Both the position numbers and the translations under genes were made by a program. A DNA stretch of 64,000 nucleotides from an uncultured Conexibacteraceae bacterium (GTDB lineage Bacteria > Actinomycetota > Thermoleophilia > Solirubrobacterales > 70-9), in contig CAZQMB010000004.1 of NCBI GenBank assembly GCA_964594365.1, positions 17,257 through 81,256 of the forward strand, in the 5' to 3' direction. Shown one piece after another: positions 37,885 through 49,554 of this stretch; the stretch's first letter is position 1; each line of letters starts with the position of its first letter. The notes below the pieces were generated by a model that saw nothing but the letters and a program-made list of their open reading frames with translations, ran no database searches and had not been told where the DNA came from.

Positions 37885-38372
37885 CCGGAAACCAGAGGTG
37901 CGACGACGAGGAAGCGATTGGGTTCGTCGCCCTCGCTGTAAGTCTCGATCTCGGTTCGATCGCGGAGATGCTCGTGGACGACTCTTCGCTCCGCCGACGA
38001 CATGGGCTCCAGTTCGACCGGACGGCCGGATGCGACCGCCTCCTCCGCTGCCACATCCCCTTGGCGTCGGAGGGACTCGTTCCTTCGCTCGCGGTAATCA
38101 GCAGCATCCACGACCACTCGCTTGCGGGAATCGGGATCCATCACCCGCTGGGCAGCCTGGTGACAGAGGAGTTGAACCGCGTCGATGGTCTGACCGTGTT
38201 TACCGATCAGGAGACCGACCTCCTCCCCTCCAATCACGCCGCGTATCTCGTCATCGGTCTCGGTCACCGTCACGGTCTCGTCCAGGCCGAGGGCAGCAGC
38301 GACCGCCTGGAGGATGACCTCGACTCGACCTGCCGCATCATCGGGCAACGGGGGTGTGGCGGGTTCAGGCAT
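37881..38372 (-). CDS. Jag/KhpB-type KH + R3H RNA-binding protein
   Basis: LIGKHGQTIDAVQLL (KH domain) and ERRVVHEHL (R3H domain). Conserved position after yidC. Confidence 0.85.
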   Translation of the reverse strand: MPEPATPPLPDDAAGRVEVILQAVAAALGLDETVTVTETDDEIRGVIGGEEVGLLIGKHGQTIDAVQLLCHQAAQRVMDPDSRKRVVVDAADYRERRNESLRRQGDVAAEEAVASGRPVELEPMSSAERRVVHEHLRDRTEIETYSEGDEPNRFLVVAPLVSG

Positions 38373-38411
38373 GCGGAGATCCGAGTCTAGGCGTGAGGGG
38401 AGGGTGGGCGC

Positions 38412-39167
38412 TCACCGGTTCCGACTCTTCTTCTTCGGTGGGGGAGGTGGCGGCTTCGCGGCGCGGATCTCCTCGGGCGTGGGTTGTGGGGGCGGAGGGA
38501 AGAAGACCTTGACCACTGCCTGCTGGCCCATGGTCCAGAAGTTGGTCGCGATCCAGTAGACGAGGACACCGGCAGGGAAGCCGATCACGAAGGGGATGAA
38601 CAACAGCGGCAAGCCCAACGTGATGAACCTCTGTTGTTTGCTCGCGGTGGTGCCGGTCATGATCAGGCCTGCGATTACGGACGTACCTGCGTAGAGAACG
38701 AGCAGGATGACCAGATCGATCCCCACGGCCTTCTCCGTCAGATCCGGGATGAACAGGAAGCCCGGGTTGCCGGTGGCGTAGATCTCCTCCTGGAAGGTGT
38801 CGCTGCGCAGCAGGTAGAAGAGCGAGAGGAACACGGGGATCTGGAGCAGCAACGGCAGGCATGACGCGAAGGGATTTACGTTGTTCTCCTGGTAGATCCG
38901 CATCATCTCGCGCTGCTGACGCTCGCGGTCGTCCTTGTACTTCTCCTGGATCTCCTTGATCTGGGGCTGGAGTGCCGCCAGCGCCCGCATCGAGCGGATC
39001 TGCTTCACCGACAGCGGGAGTATCAGCGCACGGGTGAGGAAGGTCAGGCCGATGATCGAGAGGCCCCACGAGAGACCGACCGTGTCGTGGAAGAAGAGCA
39101 GGACCGCATTCGCCACCTCGATGAGGGGTGAGAGGATGTCCGCGATGATGTCCGCGACGGGAATCAT
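38412..39167 (-). CDS. yidC: Membrane protein insertase YidC
   Basis: PLSVKQIRSMRALAALQP, NPFASCLPLLLQIPVF, and a basic Pro/Lys-rich C-terminal tail. Confidence 0.93.
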   Translation of the reverse strand: MIPVADIIADILSPLIEVANAVLLFFHDTVGLSWGLSIIGLTFLTRALILPLSVKQIRSMRALAALQPQIKEIQEKYKDDRERQQREMMRIYQENNVNPFASCLPLLLQIPVFLSLFYLLRSDTFQEEIYATGNPGFLFIPDLTEKAVGIDLVILLVLYAGTSVIAGLIMTGTTASKQQRFITLGLPLLFIPFVIGFPAGVLVYWIATNFWTMGQQAVVKVFFPPPPQPTPEEIRAAKPPPPPPKKKSRNR

Positions 39168-39445
39168 CTGACCGGCGCTCCTGACGGGTCATGACCGCAC
39201 GAGTTGCGGGGTCGATCAGCCCGGAAGAGGGTGCGGTCGGCAACGTCATCGATACCTCCGTTGCTGAGCGGATTGCATCGAAGGAGGCGCCAGGAAGCGA
39301 GAATCGACCCCTTCAACGGCCCGAGCTCACTCACAGCCTCGACTGCGTAGCGAGAGCAGGTCGGCTCGTACTTGCAGCGGCGTGGAAAGGCGGGGGAGAT
39401 CCAGCGTTGATAGACGCCGAGCAATAGGAGAAGCGCGCGTTTCAC
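39164..39445 (-). CDS. yidD: Membrane protein insertion efficiency factor YidD
   Basis: The GTG at 39445 lies directly after the rnpA stop. YQRWISP...CKYEPTCSRYA...RLLRCNP. Confidence 0.9.
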   Translation of the reverse strand: MKRALLLLLGVYQRWISPAFPRRCKYEPTCSRYAVEAVSELGPLKGSILASWRLLRCNPLSNGGIDDVADRTLFRADRPRNSCGHDPSGAPVR

Positions 39446-39446
39446 G

Positions 39447-39830
39447 CTAAACGGTTCCTTCCTGACTGGTGGACGACGGGAGGAGTTCTTCGATCTGGGC
39501 ACGCACAGCCTGCGAGCCCTCGGAATCAAGCAGGTTACCCAGATCGGGCCTCGCGACGACCACATAGTCCGAGGTGTCCGAAACCCGCTCCTCGAGCGCC
39601 CAGAATTCCTCGCGGATCACACGCTTGACGCGGTTGCGACGCACTGCGTTACCCACCTTCTTGCCGACGGATATGCCCAGCCTGGGCGGACCCTCCGCAT
39701 CCGGACTGCGGGGGAACACGTGCAACACGAGAAAGCGGTTCCCCTTCGACTCGCCGGAGCGATAGACCCGATCGAAGTCCGCGCTGCGAGAAAGTCGACC
39801 ACGGCGAGACTGATTCCTGCCTGCAGCCAA
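39447..39830 (-). CDS. rnpA: Ribonuclease P protein component
   Basis: The TTG at 39830 follows the rpmH stop. RLSRSADFDRVY, GISVGKKVGNAVRRNRVKR. The longer track ORF runs through rpmH in another frame and is rejected. Confidence 0.88.
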   Translation of the reverse strand: MAAGRNQSRRGRLSRSADFDRVYRSGESKGNRFLVLHVFPRSPDAEGPPRLGISVGKKVGNAVRRNRVKRVIREEFWALEERVSDTSDYVVVARPDLGNLLDSEGSQAVRAQIEELLPSSTSQEGTV

Positions 39831-39832
39831 GG

Positions 39833-39967
39833 TCAGGCGGAGAGCCGGCGGCGACCCTTCTTGCGTCGCCGCTTGAGTATCGCCCTTCCTCCACGGGAAG
39901 AACTCCGCACGCGAAAGCCGTGTGTCTTGGAGCGCTTGCGTTTCTTGGGTTGGTAGGTCCGCTTCAT
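39833..39967 (-). CDS. rpmH: 50S ribosomal protein L34
   Basis: Translated by hand (below the ORF-track length cutoff): [44 protein letters not shown]. Confidence 0.95.
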   Translation of the reverse strand: MKRTYQPKKRKRSKTHGFRVRSSSRGGRAILKRRRKKGRRRLSA

Positions 39968-40072
39968 TGAGTTTGGTCACCGCCACTCGATACTGATCTA
40001 CAGATCGAATTCGACCCGCTCGGGCGAATGCGGAGTATAGGCGCGTAATAGTCAACGGCGGCGGGAGGGCAG

Positions 40073-40081
40073 TCATCCACA
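40073..40081 (+). promoter_or_regulatory. Single DnaA-box-like 9-mer in the rpmH-dnaA spacer
   Basis: TCATCCACA matches TTATCCACA at 8 of 9 positions. Confidence 0.35.
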
Positions 40082-40254
40082 TCGCTCCGGGAAGGTTTTT
40101 CCCGCTCGGTGCGGGGCAGGAGGAATTCCGAGCCCGGACAGAGCCCCGGTCGTGAATATGATTCCGCGCCCGCGGAGGTCGTGGGAGTGTCCGAAAGCGT
40201 CGAGTGAAACCGAAGGGGTCAGAGATTCGAGATTCATCCCAGACGGGACCAGAG

Positions 40255-41598
40255 ATGGAGGAGAGACTCGCTCCCCTCGAGCCTCAGGAGGCATGGTCGA
40301 TCCTGAAGGCGGATCTGCGGACCATGGCCGGTCGCTCGACTTTCGACCTCTGGTTCTCGCAGCTGGAACCACTCCGGATGAGCAACGACGTCCTCTACCT
40401 CACTGGTCCGAATCACGTGATCGCTTGGGTGGACCGCCGTTACGAGGATCTGCTCGCCAGGTCGCTCCGCCAACTCGGGGGCCGGGTGAGCGAGATACGG
40501 CTGGTCCAGAGAGAGGGCCAGGTCCCTTCGGCGCCGCAGGGAGCGGGGTTCGCCGACTCGTCCATTCCTCGACAGCGAGATCGACAGACCTTCGACAGGT
40601 TCGTGATCGGCCCTGGAAACAGGATCGCGCACGGTGCTGCACTGGCCGTAGCCGAGGCGCCCGGGGAGGCCTACAACCCACTCTTCCTGCATGGGAACCC
40701 GGGTCTCGGGAAGAGCCATCTTCTCGGCGCGATTGCCGACTACATCGACCGCAACAACCCCGAGCTCAAGATCCATTCCACCACGGCCGAGAGTTTCACC
40801 GCCGAGTTCATCCAGGCGGTTCAGACCCGCGGAATCGAGGAGTTCAAGAACCGCTACCGGAGAGTGGACGTCCTCTTGATCGACGATGTCCAATTCCTCG
40901 AAGGAAAGGCACGAACCGCTGACGAGTTCTTCCACACCTTCAACGCCCTCCACCTCGTCGGGTCACAGATAGTCCTCTCGGCAGACCGGATGCCGAGTGA
41001 GTTGTCCACACTTGCCGACCGCTTACGGGAGAGATTCGAATGGGGTCTGGTGGTGGACATAGACCAGCCGGACCTCGCCACCAGAAGAGCGTTCCTCGAG
41101 ACCTTCGCTGCCGCCGAGGAGATCGAACTCCCTCCAGAGACGACCGAGGTCCTCGCCGACTACTCCCTTGCGAGTATCCGGGCAGTCGAGGGTGCCTTGA
41201 CACGCGTTATGGCCAGAGCGTCGCTGGGAGGCGGGGACCTGACACCGGAGCTGGTGGAGGCTGTCCTCGGAACAGCCGAACTCGAGCGGGAATTCGAAGA
41301 GAGGTCGGTCGTCACGGTCGACCAAATCAAATCGCTCGTGTCCGAACGATTCTCGGTGTCTCTCGAGGACCTCGATTCCTCCAAGCGATCGGAAAGGGTA
41401 TCTAGCGCCCGACAAGTGGCGATGACGCTAACCCGTGAGTTCACCGCCATGTCATTGCCCGCTATCGCCTCAGCCTTCTGCCGGAAGGATCACTCCACCG
41501 TCATCCACGGAATAAATCGAATCGATTCCAGGGTCCAGACGGACCGCGAGTTCGCAGACCTCGTGGAAAGATGCCGATCCGAGCTTCGAGCCGGATAG
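40255..41598 (+). CDS. dnaA: Chromosomal replication initiator DnaA
   Basis: The ATG at 40255 is preferred (MEERLAPLE...). TFDRFVIGPGN, Walker A GNPGLGKSHLL, LLIDDVQFL, and the DNA-binding signature KDHSTVIHG. Confidence 0.95.
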   Translation: MEERLAPLEPQEAWSILKADLRTMAGRSTFDLWFSQLEPLRMSNDVLYLTGPNHVIAWVDRRYEDLLARSLRQLGGRVSEIRLVQREGQVPSAPQGAGFADSSIPRQRDRQTFDRFVIGPGNRIAHGAALAVAEAPGEAYNPLFLHGNPGLGKSHLLGAIADYIDRNNPELKIHSTTAESFTAEFIQAVQTRGIEEFKNRYRRVDVLLIDDVQFLEGKARTADEFFHTFNALHLVGSQIVLSADRMPSELSTLADRLRERFEWGLVVDIDQPDLATRRAFLETFAAAEEIELPPETTEVLADYSLASIRAVEGALTRVMARASLGGGDLTPELVEAVLGTAELEREFEERSVVTVDQIKSLVSERFSVSLEDLDSSKRSERVSSARQVAMTLTREFTAMSLPAIASAFCRKDHSTVIHGINRIDSRVQTDREFADLVERCRSELRAG

Positions 41599-41620
41599 AC
41601 CGTGACCGAACAGAGTGAAA

Positions 41621-41694
41621 CAATCCACCTTCTCCACAATTCCGCACGCTATCCACATCCCTATTACAACTGAACAGGGAAACTTGAATAGGGA
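41621..41694 (+). promoter_or_regulatory. Candidate oriC core: DnaA-box-like 9-mers plus an 8-bp inverted repeat in the dnaA-dnaN spacer
   Basis: Same-orientation boxes: CAATCCACC (41621-41629, weak), TTCTCCACA (41630-41638, 8/9 to TTGTCCACA) and CTATCCACA (41649-41657, 8/9 to TTATCCACA). The inverted repeat is TCCCTATT (41658-41665) / AATAGGGA (41687-41694). Locally AT-richer than the surroundings. Confidence 0.5.
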
Positions 41695-41700
41695 CCAGAA

Positions 41701-42810
41701 ATGAAACTCAAGACCACCAAACGCGAACTAGTCGATGCCCTCTCCGTTACCGCGAGGGCGACCTCGACTCGTAGTGCACTCCAGGCACTCTCTGGCGTCT
41801 TGCTGGACGCGAGTTCTGACGGGACCGTGGTGAGGGCAACTGACGCGGAGATCTCTCTCGAACTCTCTCTCGCCGCAGAAGTCGAGCTGCCCGGATCGAT
41901 TCTGGTCCCGGGACGGCTGTTAGCCGACGTTTCCAAGACCCTCCCTGATGGAGATGTGACCCTCGCGACCAGGGAGCCGGAAGGAGACCTCGAGATCAAG
42001 GCGGGGTCGTCGAGCTTTCACCTGCGTCTCTTGCAGGCCGAAGATTTCCCCAAGTTCCCGGATTCATCTGGAGACCCTGTATCGCTGGATGCGCAGGCTG
42101 TCTCCGAGACCATCGGAAGGGTTGCCGGCGCAGCGTCCACCGATGAGGGTAGGCCTGTTCTCACTGGTGTCTTCATGACCGCTGAAGCCGATTCACTCAC
42201 AATGGTCGCGACGGATTCCTATCGGCTCGCCGTCAAGACCACGAAGCTCTCGACCGCAGTCTCTTCTCAAATCGAAGCCAACGTACCCGCTCGCGCCTTG
42301 CGCGAGCTCTCACGTCTGATCGAAGCCGCTGGCGAAGACGCCGAGCTCCAACTCTGGTTGGGAGAGAATCAAGCGGTATTCGGTTGCGGTGGTACTCGCC
42401 TCGCATCTCGGCTGATCGATGGCCAGTTCCCGAACTACAAGCAACTGATACCCGACAAATTCGACCACGAGGTGAACCTGGACCGCGAGGAATTGCTCGA
42501 TGTGGTGAGGCGGGTATCGCAACTCGCACAGAGAAACGCCGCACTCAAACTCTCCTTCTCCGAGGGCGAGTTGACGATCTCGGCAGAGACGCAGGACCTC
42601 GGTGACGCCAAGGAGTCCATGCCAGTGTCATTCCAGGGTGAAGCTCTCGAGGTTGGTTTCAACCCTGATTTCGTGCGTGCAGGGCTCGAGAGCATCCAGG
42701 AGGACGAGATCGTCTTCAAGTTGATCTCACCATTGAGGCCGGGCTTGCTCGAACCTTCGGCTGGGGACGACTTCAGCTATCTGGTCATGCCGATCCGACT
42801 CAACGACTGA
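41701..42810 (+). CDS. dnaN: DNA polymerase III beta sliding clamp
   Basis: 369 aa with three-domain clamp layout; LIDGQFPNYKQLIP motif. Confidence 0.95.
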   Translation: MKLKTTKRELVDALSVTARATSTRSALQALSGVLLDASSDGTVVRATDAEISLELSLAAEVELPGSILVPGRLLADVSKTLPDGDVTLATREPEGDLEIKAGSSSFHLRLLQAEDFPKFPDSSGDPVSLDAQAVSETIGRVAGAASTDEGRPVLTGVFMTAEADSLTMVATDSYRLAVKTTKLSTAVSSQIEANVPARALRELSRLIEAAGEDAELQLWLGENQAVFGCGGTRLASRLIDGQFPNYKQLIPDKFDHEVNLDREELLDVVRRVSQLAQRNAALKLSFSEGELTISAETQDLGDAKESMPVSFQGEALEVGFNPDFVRAGLESIQEDEIVFKLISPLRPGLLEPSAGDDFSYLVMPIRLND

Positions 42811-42818
42811 GGCCTTCG

Positions 42819-43931
42819 GTGATTGCCTCGTTGGAGGCCAGGGGTTACCGCAACCTGGTCGGGGAGTTGTCGCTCCCCATAGATCCCAACTTGACCGTGT
42901 TCCATGGGCCGAATGGCGCGGGTAAGACCAATCTGCTGGATGCGCTCCATTTCGGACTCACAGGAGCCTCGATGCGTTCCGGCACGATCAAGAATTCGAT
43001 CGGCTTCGACGCGGAGAGCGCGCGGGTAGAGGTCGAGTTCTCGGATCGGACCGGCACGATGCACAAGACACTCGCCTCTCTGGATCGCTCAGGTCAGCGG
43101 CGGAACCTCTTGGACGGGGCAGCTCCGACCGCATCTGTACCTCTGCCGAGGGTCGCCCTCTTCCATCCGGATCATCTCCAGACCATCAAGGGCCCTCCAG
43201 CTCACCGACGGGCATTGGCAGATCAGGTGGCCGGGTCCCTGTCCCCCTCGCAGGCAGATCTCCGGGCACGGTATGGAAGGACCCTTGCTCAACGCAACGC
43301 GCAGCTGAGAAGGGTGAGGGCAGGAGAGATCGCGGTTGCCGAACTCGAAGTGTGGGACAGCCGTCTGGCCGCAGATGCGCAGCCTCTGGTCGCTTCACGT
43401 CGAGCAGCGATCGATAGCCTTGCTCCGCATTTCCGCGAGGCCGCTACCACTCTCGGACTGATCGAGCCAGACCTTTCCTACAAGACCCGGGCTGGAGGGG
43501 ATGAAGAGTCGATCCGCTTGCGTCTGGCCGAACTGCGCGCCGAGGACCCAGGACGTGCTTATGTCATGTATGGCCCCCATCTCGATGATCTGCATGTAGA
43601 GGCGGAGGGAAGGGCCCTCAAGCAATTCGGGTCTCAGGGTCAGCAACGCGCTGCGGTCCTCGCGTTACTGCTCGGTGAGCGCGCAGCGTTGGCCGGAGCC
43701 GGCAGGGAGGCTCCGCTCCTGCTGTTGGATGACGTGATGAGCGAGCTGGATCCCCGTCGCCGCGAGTTGCTGATCGGGGCCGCTGTGTCCGGCGGCCAGG
43801 TCGTGGTGACCGCCACAGATCTTTCTCAGGTTCCCTCGGAAGGGCTGGCGCCGAGCAGTACCTCGTATCGGGTCGAGGCTGGCCGCGTGGACAGCGGGTC
43901 CGATTCCCCCTCGGTGGCGGAGGCCGCCTGA
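42819..43931 (+). CDS. recF: DNA replication and repair protein RecF
   Basis: GTG start. Walker A GPNGAGKTNLLDA, signature GSQGQQR, Walker B LLLLDDVMSELD. Confidence 0.94.
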   Translation: MIASLEARGYRNLVGELSLPIDPNLTVFHGPNGAGKTNLLDALHFGLTGASMRSGTIKNSIGFDAESARVEVEFSDRTGTMHKTLASLDRSGQRRNLLDGAAPTASVPLPRVALFHPDHLQTIKGPPAHRRALADQVAGSLSPSQADLRARYGRTLAQRNAQLRRVRAGEIAVAELEVWDSRLAADAQPLVASRRAAIDSLAPHFREAATTLGLIEPDLSYKTRAGGDEESIRLRLAELRAEDPGRAYVMYGPHLDDLHVEAEGRALKQFGSQGQQRAAVLALLLGERAALAGAGREAPLLLLDDVMSELDPRRRELLIGAAVSGGQVVVTATDLSQVPSEGLAPSSTSYRVEAGRVDSGSDSPSVAEAA

Positions 43932-43934
43932 ATC

Positions 43935-44246
43935 GTGGCCCCGCGCAAGCAGCCGGAGAGAATAGGTGTGCCCCTCGACCGCCTTACCGCCTCCCTCGCT
44001 CCCTCCACCCCTCTCGGGTCCGTTCAAACTGTCTGGCGCAACGCGGTGGGTGACCGGATCGCTGACCGTTGTAATCCCGTGAAAGCTCAGGAGGGCGTCC
44101 TCACCGTGGTTTGTGAGAGCTCGGCCTGGTCCCAGCAACTCACGATGATGCAGGTCGACCTGTTGGAAAGGCTGAGAGCGGAGATCGGTGATCCCGCCCA
44201 TGCACCAACCGAACTTCGATTCGTCGTGACGGACGATCAGGCGTGA
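43935..44246 (+). CDS. dciA: DUF721 domain protein (DciA-type, canonical recF-gyrB slot)
   Basis: VWRNAVGDRIADRCNPVKAQEGVLTVVCESSAWSQQLTMMQVDLLERL aligns by eye to the DUF721 core of the mycobacterial recF-gyrB intergenic gene. GTG start 4 nt after the recF stop. Confidence 0.82.
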   Translation: MAPRKQPERIGVPLDRLTASLAPSTPLGSVQTVWRNAVGDRIADRCNPVKAQEGVLTVVCESSAWSQQLTMMQVDLLERLRAEIGDPAHAPTELRFVVTDDQA

Positions 44247-44433
44247 CGCGTCCACGTAGCGGTATACGTTTCATTCGTAATTTGCAGGGAATTCGACTCT
44301 ATATGGCGAGGTTCCACCAGATGCGACTGGTAGAGTCGTCCTCAAGTTGATCGGTCGCTACCCGTGTATGCCCGTGCTCATGGCGCCGGGCGCCCAGGCC
44401 GCGGCCTCCCACCATCCGATCGAGAGGGGCTGA

Positions 44434-46884
<2,451 letters not shown>

Positions 46885-46908
46885 ATCTCACGCCGGGGCA
46901 GGTAGCTG

Positions 46909-49542
46909 ATGGCCGACGAACCCAAGGACGTCAACTCCGAAGCGATCGTGGATCGCATCGAGGAGCGCGATCTCGATCAGGAGATGCGCTCTTCCTACCT
47001 CGATTACGCCATGAGCGTGATCGTCGGGCGCGCGCTTCCTGACGTAAAGGACGGCCTCAAACCGGTCCACCGCCGGGTGCTCTACGCCATGCACGATCTG
47101 GGCCTTCAGCCGAATCGCGCTTACCGCAAGTGTGCGTTCATCGTCGGAGAGGTCATGGGCAAGTACCACCCCCACGGCGACTCGGCCATCTACGAGACCT
47201 TGGTCCGGATGGCTCAGGACTTCTCGCTTCGTTATCCGTTGGTCGACGGTCAGGGCAACTTCGGCTCGATCGACGACGATCCGGCGGCTGCCATGCGTTA
47301 CACGGAGGCGCGTCTCGATTCCCTCGCCACCGAGATGCTTCGCGACATCGATGCCGACACGGTCGACTTCGGACCGAATTACGACGAGTCGACCCGCGAG
47401 CCGCTTCTGCTCCCCGCCCGTTTCCCGAATCTCCTGGTCAACGGCGCTGCGGGCATCGCGGTCGGGATGGCGACGAACATCCCGCCGCACAACCTCCGCG
47501 AGGTCGCGGCTGCGGTCGAGGCCTACATCGACGATCCTTCGATCGACCTCAAGGGTCTGATGAAGCACGTGAAAGGTCCGGACTTCCCGGGCGGCGGGAC
47601 GATCCTCGGTGTCGGCGGTGTTCGCGACGCCTATGCAAGCGGCAAGGGGAGCCTCAAGTTGAGGGCGACCGCTCACATCGAGGAGATGAAGAAGGGTCGC
47701 GAGGCGATCGTGGTCACCGAGCTGCCGTTCCAGGTCAAGAAGGGTGGCGACGGCGGTTTGATCACGAAGATCGCCGATCTGGTCAGGGAGAAGAAACTGA
47801 CGGGAATCGCCGACCTGCGTGACGAGTCGGATCGCAACGGGATGCGACTCGTGATCGAACTCAAGAAGGGCAGCGGACCGTCGACGGTGGTCTTGAACCA
47901 GCTCTACAAGCGGACCTCGATGCAGATCTCCTTCGGCATCAACATGGTCGCTCTGGTGGATGGAGTCCCCAAGACCCTGGGTCTGAGGGAACTGATCGAG
48001 CACTACGTGGGCCATCAGAAGGAAGTCATCACCCGCCGCAGTCAGTTCGAGCTCGCACGCGCCGAAGCTCGCGCGCACATCCTCGACGGGCTGCTGATCG
48101 CTCTCTCGAAGCTGGATCAGGTGATCAAGCTGATCCGCGCGTCGAAGGACCCAGAGACCGCCCGCGAGGGATTGATGTCCAAGTTCGGTCTCAGTCAACC
48201 GCAGGCACAGGCGATCCTCGACATGCGATTGCAGCGCTTGACCGCTCTGGAGTCCGACAAGATCAAGGAGGAGCACGACGAGCTGACCAAGCGGATCAAG
48301 GAGCTTCGTACGCTTCTCGCCGACGAGAAGAAGGTTCTCGCTCTGGTCAAGTCGGAGCTCGCCGAAGTCGTCGAGCGGTTCGGAGACGATCGTCGCACCA
48401 AGATCGGCAAGGCCGAGGGCGACATGGAGATCGAGGATCTGATCGCGGATGAGCAGATGGTCGTCTCCCTCACCTCATCCGGTTACATCAAGCGGATCCC
48501 GCTCGCGAGCTACCGCAAGCAGCACAGAGGCGGCCGAGGTGTGCGCGGGATGGATACAAAGGAGGGTGACTACATCGAGCACCTCCGCATCTGTTCCACC
48601 CACGACTACCTCCTCTTCTTCACCAACCGGGGCAAGGTCTATCGCCTCCGTGCCCACGAACTTCCCGAGGGCTCCCGCCAGGCAAAGGGCCGTGCGCTGG
48701 TCAACCTCATCCCGCTCCGGGACAAGGAGAAGGTGATGGCGATGATCCCGACTCGGGATTTCTCGGAAGGCAAGTTCCTGGTCTTCGCGACGGCCGACGG
48801 CATGATCAAGAAGACGGAGTTCATCGACTACAACACCCCGATCCGGGCCGATGGGATCATCGCGATAAAGATCAAGAAGAACGATGCCTTGGTCGATGTC
48901 CGGTTGACCAACGGCACCGACGACATCATGTTGATCTCCAAGTCAGGTCACGCCGTCAGGTTCAAGGAGAAACTGGTCAGGGGAATGAGTCGCGACACCT
49001 CGGGTGTCAAGGGAATGAACGTCAGCGAGAAGACCAACGCCGTCATCGCGATGGAGGTCGTCCAGCCGAAGTCGCAACTCTTGGTGGTGACCGAGAACGG
49101 CTACGGCAAGAGGACCCCGATCGAGGATTACCCGATCAAGGGACGAGGTACCAAGGGCGTCTTGACTGCGAAGTTGACCGCGAAGAAGGGTGGCCTCGCG
49201 GGCGCTCTGGTGGTCGACGAGAACCAGGAACTCCTTTTCATCTCGCAGAAGGGGATGGTGCAGCGCACCTCGGCAGGGGAGATCTCCCAGACGGGACGCG
49301 CGACCCAAGGTGTCAAGGTGATGAATCTCAAGTCCGGCGACAAGGTCAGCGCAACCGCACTCGTAGCCGAGCCAGACGAGCAAGAGCTCGAGAGGGCTGC
49401 GGCGAGTGCCGACCCTCCCACCAAGGGTGGCGCTGCTCAGAAGGCCCCCACGAAGAAACCTGCCGCGAAGAAGACGACCGCCAAGAAATCCTCGGCGGCG
49501 AAACCACGGACCAAGAAGCCTCCCGCGAAGAAGAAGAAGTAG
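46909..49542 (+). CDS. gyrA: DNA gyrase subunit A (with Lys-rich C-terminal tail)
   Basis: [14 protein letters not shown], active-site region [10 protein letters not shown], GyrA-box-like QRRGGRG-type [11 protein letters not shown], and C-terminal beta-pinwheel repeats. Confidence 0.96.
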   Translation: MADEPKDVNSEAIVDRIEERDLDQEMRSSYLDYAMSVIVGRALPDVKDGLKPVHRRVLYAMHDLGLQPNRAYRKCAFIVGEVMGKYHPHGDSAIYETLVRMAQDFSLRYPLVDGQGNFGSIDDDPAAAMRYTEARLDSLATEMLRDIDADTVDFGPNYDESTREPLLLPARFPNLLVNGAAGIAVGMATNIPPHNLREVAAAVEAYIDDPSIDLKGLMKHVKGPDFPGGGTILGVGGVRDAYASGKGSLKLRATAHIEEMKKGREAIVVTELPFQVKKGGDGGLITKIADLVREKKLTGIADLRDESDRNGMRLVIELKKGSGPSTVVLNQLYKRTSMQISFGINMVALVDGVPKTLGLRELIEHYVGHQKEVITRRSQFELARAEARAHILDGLLIALSKLDQVIKLIRASKDPETAREGLMSKFGLSQPQAQAILDMRLQRLTALESDKIKEEHDELTKRIKELRTLLADEKKVLALVKSELAEVVERFGDDRRTKIGKAEGDMEIEDLIADEQMVVSLTSSGYIKRIPLASYRKQHRGGRGVRGMDTKEGDYIEHLRICSTHDYLLFFTNRGKVYRLRAHELPEGSRQAKGRALVNLIPLRDKEKVMAMIPTRDFSEGKFLVFATADGMIKKTEFIDYNTPIRADGIIAIKIKKNDALVDVRLTNGTDDIMLISKSGHAVRFKEKLVRGMSRDTSGVKGMNVSEKTNAVIAMEVVQPKSQLLVVTENGYGKRTPIEDYPIKGRGTKGVLTAKLTAKKGGLAGALVVDENQELLFISQKGMVQRTSAGEISQTGRATQGVKVMNLKSGDKVSATALVAEPDEQELERAAASADPPTKGGAAQKAPTKKPAAKKTTAKKSSAAKPRTKKPPAKKKK

Positions 49543-49554
49543 TCGGAGGGGAAG

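Noticed and set aside
39447-40082. 211-aa version of the rnpA ORF from the ORF track
   Set aside because: Its N-terminal 84 codons run across rpmH in a different frame. rpmH (39833-39967) translates perfectly to L34, and a TTG at 39830 gives a normal-length RnpA.
40152-40922. 256-aa alternative-frame ORF overlapping the 5' half of dnaA
   Set aside because: Its composition is Arg/Pro/Gly-rich and motif-free. The dnaA frame carries all DnaA signatures.
47561-47576. Possible parS site (TGAAGCACGTGAAAGG) inside gyrA
   Set aside because: It matches the TGTTNCACGTGAAACA consensus at only about 11 of 16 positions, and only the central CACGTG half is kept. No convincing parS was found by eye anywhere in the window, including around parAB. 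A proper PWM scan is needed.
46888-48276. 462-aa ORF antisense to gyrA
   Set aside because: High-GC antisense artefact with no family signature.
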